A stretch of 46,715 nt of DNA, the filler included, from Catajapyx aquilonaris (taxonomy: Eukaryota), in assembly GCA_000934665.2 (NCBI GenBank). It is 2 parts of 2 records of this genome, joined end to end, with 100 filler letters (N's around TTAATTAATTAA, not from the genome) between each part and the next. Parts side by side here need not be neighbours in the genome. Positions count along the whole stretch, not along the records: positions 23,280 to 46,715 come from JYFJ02005716.1; 1 more part is not named here. One strand, 5' to 3'. The notes below the pieces were generated by a model. It was not told the origin of the DNA. It searched no databases and saw nothing but the letters and a program-made list of their open reading frames with translations. Within the stretch, counting starts at the first letter, position 1; the number at the start of each line of letters is the position of its first letter. The translations under genes were made by a program, and so were the position numbers. Positions 45,389 to 46,715 of the stretch are shown here, piece by piece.

Positions 45389-45698
45389 TTTCCTATTCTC
45401 CAGTTCTCCTTCGATGTTGCCAGCAGGAAAAGGGTGGCCAACAGGACATGGATTTCACAATGAGAAAGCAGGGTTGCCAATAACAAGTGTTTCCCAAAAT
45501 GGCCGTACGAGGGCGCTTTTGGAGGCGCCAAAATTCAAAGTGTTAGTAGACGAGAGTGGTGGGATGTAGGCCTCTTTCTCACAGTAATTTAATTGCCCAT
45601 ATGTGGCCTTGTGTGAAGAGGAAAAAACATGACTCTGGTTAGGCAAAATTTTATTGTGGAGAATTTTCTCTCATGTGAGGTTACAATCAATCAATCAA

Positions 45699-45707
45699 AA
45701 TAATAAC

Positions 45708-45768
<61 letters not shown>
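45699..45768. repeat. (AAT)n microsatellite
   Basis: Directly visible. Confidence 0.9.
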
Positions 45769-45772
<4 letters not shown>

Positions 45773-45979
45773 TATGTGGGTAATGCTTTCACCCCTTCCG
45801 GGGTATATAGCATGGACCTTTATTGTATTTTAAAGTTGTTAAGTAGCCTTCATGGTGCCTATTTAATGAAAGCCCGGGCCCACGGGCAGGGTGACATGAG
45901 GGGTTGTGCAAGGTGCAGTGCAATGTCGTAGCTGTGGTCATTTTGTGAACTCCCCCGGGTGGTTTAGTCTATATTGGAA

Positions 45980-46045
45980 ATTAGAATTGCTTGAGAAGAG
46001 AGGGGGGTATTCAGAATACCCCCTCTCTTCTCAAGCAATTCTAAT
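45980..46045. repeat. Near-perfect ~32-bp-arm palindrome
   Basis: attagaattgcttgagaagagaggggggtattc-a-gaataccccctctcttctcaagcaattctaat, with one G bulge. Confidence 0.85.
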
Positions 46046-46715
46046 ACTTTTACTCCTCTCCATGGCGCGTATCTTGTAGCCATTGACTCCGATTTCGGTG
46101 ATCTTACCAGAGTGGAGATTGACTATGAGCCTGTACTGAAGTGCCTATACCATTGAGAAGCTTCTCTAATTTATAAGAGACAGTTATTTAATATAGGCTA
46201 AGTGGACAGCCTGTTACAGGTGTTCCTTAGGATATATTTTGGTAAGAGTATGTGCCTGATTATCTCACGGCCGCTTGAGAGAGATTCCTAACTAGTATGG
46301 CTGGTTCACTAGGCATACTAGAAGCTTTTCTGACGTCAGCTCCACCCTCCCTCTTCTCTTCTCAGAACTGTGACGTACCCACGGCCATTCCCTGCGGGCA
46401 CGTCCTTTTTCTTATGGAAAAGTGGAATTTTCAAACTTTAATTACAAATTCCTGGATGCGGTGAAAAATATGCAGATTTTTTTCCAGATTCCTCGACACA
46501 CTGTCATTGACATATATAATCCAATCCAACGACATGTACGGGTCGCATTCTTCTATTGCACCTACCAATGGCCTCACAATGCATGTGACAGCAATTAGCA
46601 CACATATTTGTTTGGCCCGGATGCATATTAACAAACTGTACATGGCTAGAGAGACAGGCGGCCTGAGCCCCGCCCTCCCTCGCCCCAATTGGTCCTGCGT
46701 CTGGCGCGCTTTTAA

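Noticed and set aside
46060..46688. Possible secreted/LRR-like pseudogene
   Set aside because: Only a hydrophobic stretch and one vague LRR-like peptide; insufficient support.

Overview
Eukaryotic genomic DNA from a protostome invertebrate, probably an arthropod. This is inferred from the ionotropic receptor genes, GT-AG introns and tRNA-derived SINEs; the species cannot be determined. An artificial 100-nt gap linker (N44-TTAATTAATTAA-N44) at 23180-23279 splits the window, so linkage across it is unproven. Left half: a tandem array of intronless divergent ionotropic receptors (one frameshifted 3' fragment and two intact genes whose N-terminal ~540 bp are nearly identical while the rest has diverged); a six-exon atypical HIPK/DYRK-like kinase with an inverted pseudogene fragment next to it; and two intronless MATH-BTB (SPOP-like) paralogs. 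Right half: an IR pseudogene; several SINE/retroposon insertions, including V-SINE-core elements; a ZC3H11A/C12orf50-type CCCH gene remnant whose 5' end is caught in nested palindromes; a four-level nest of foldback/DNA transposons; a seven-exon SANTA-domain (KNL2/M18BP1-like) gene with a duplicated CENP-C-like motif; a deleted mariner-type element; and an unknown three-exon gene with a SUMO-interaction-like motif. All gene models were built by eye from splice signals and frame continuity, and no database search was run.
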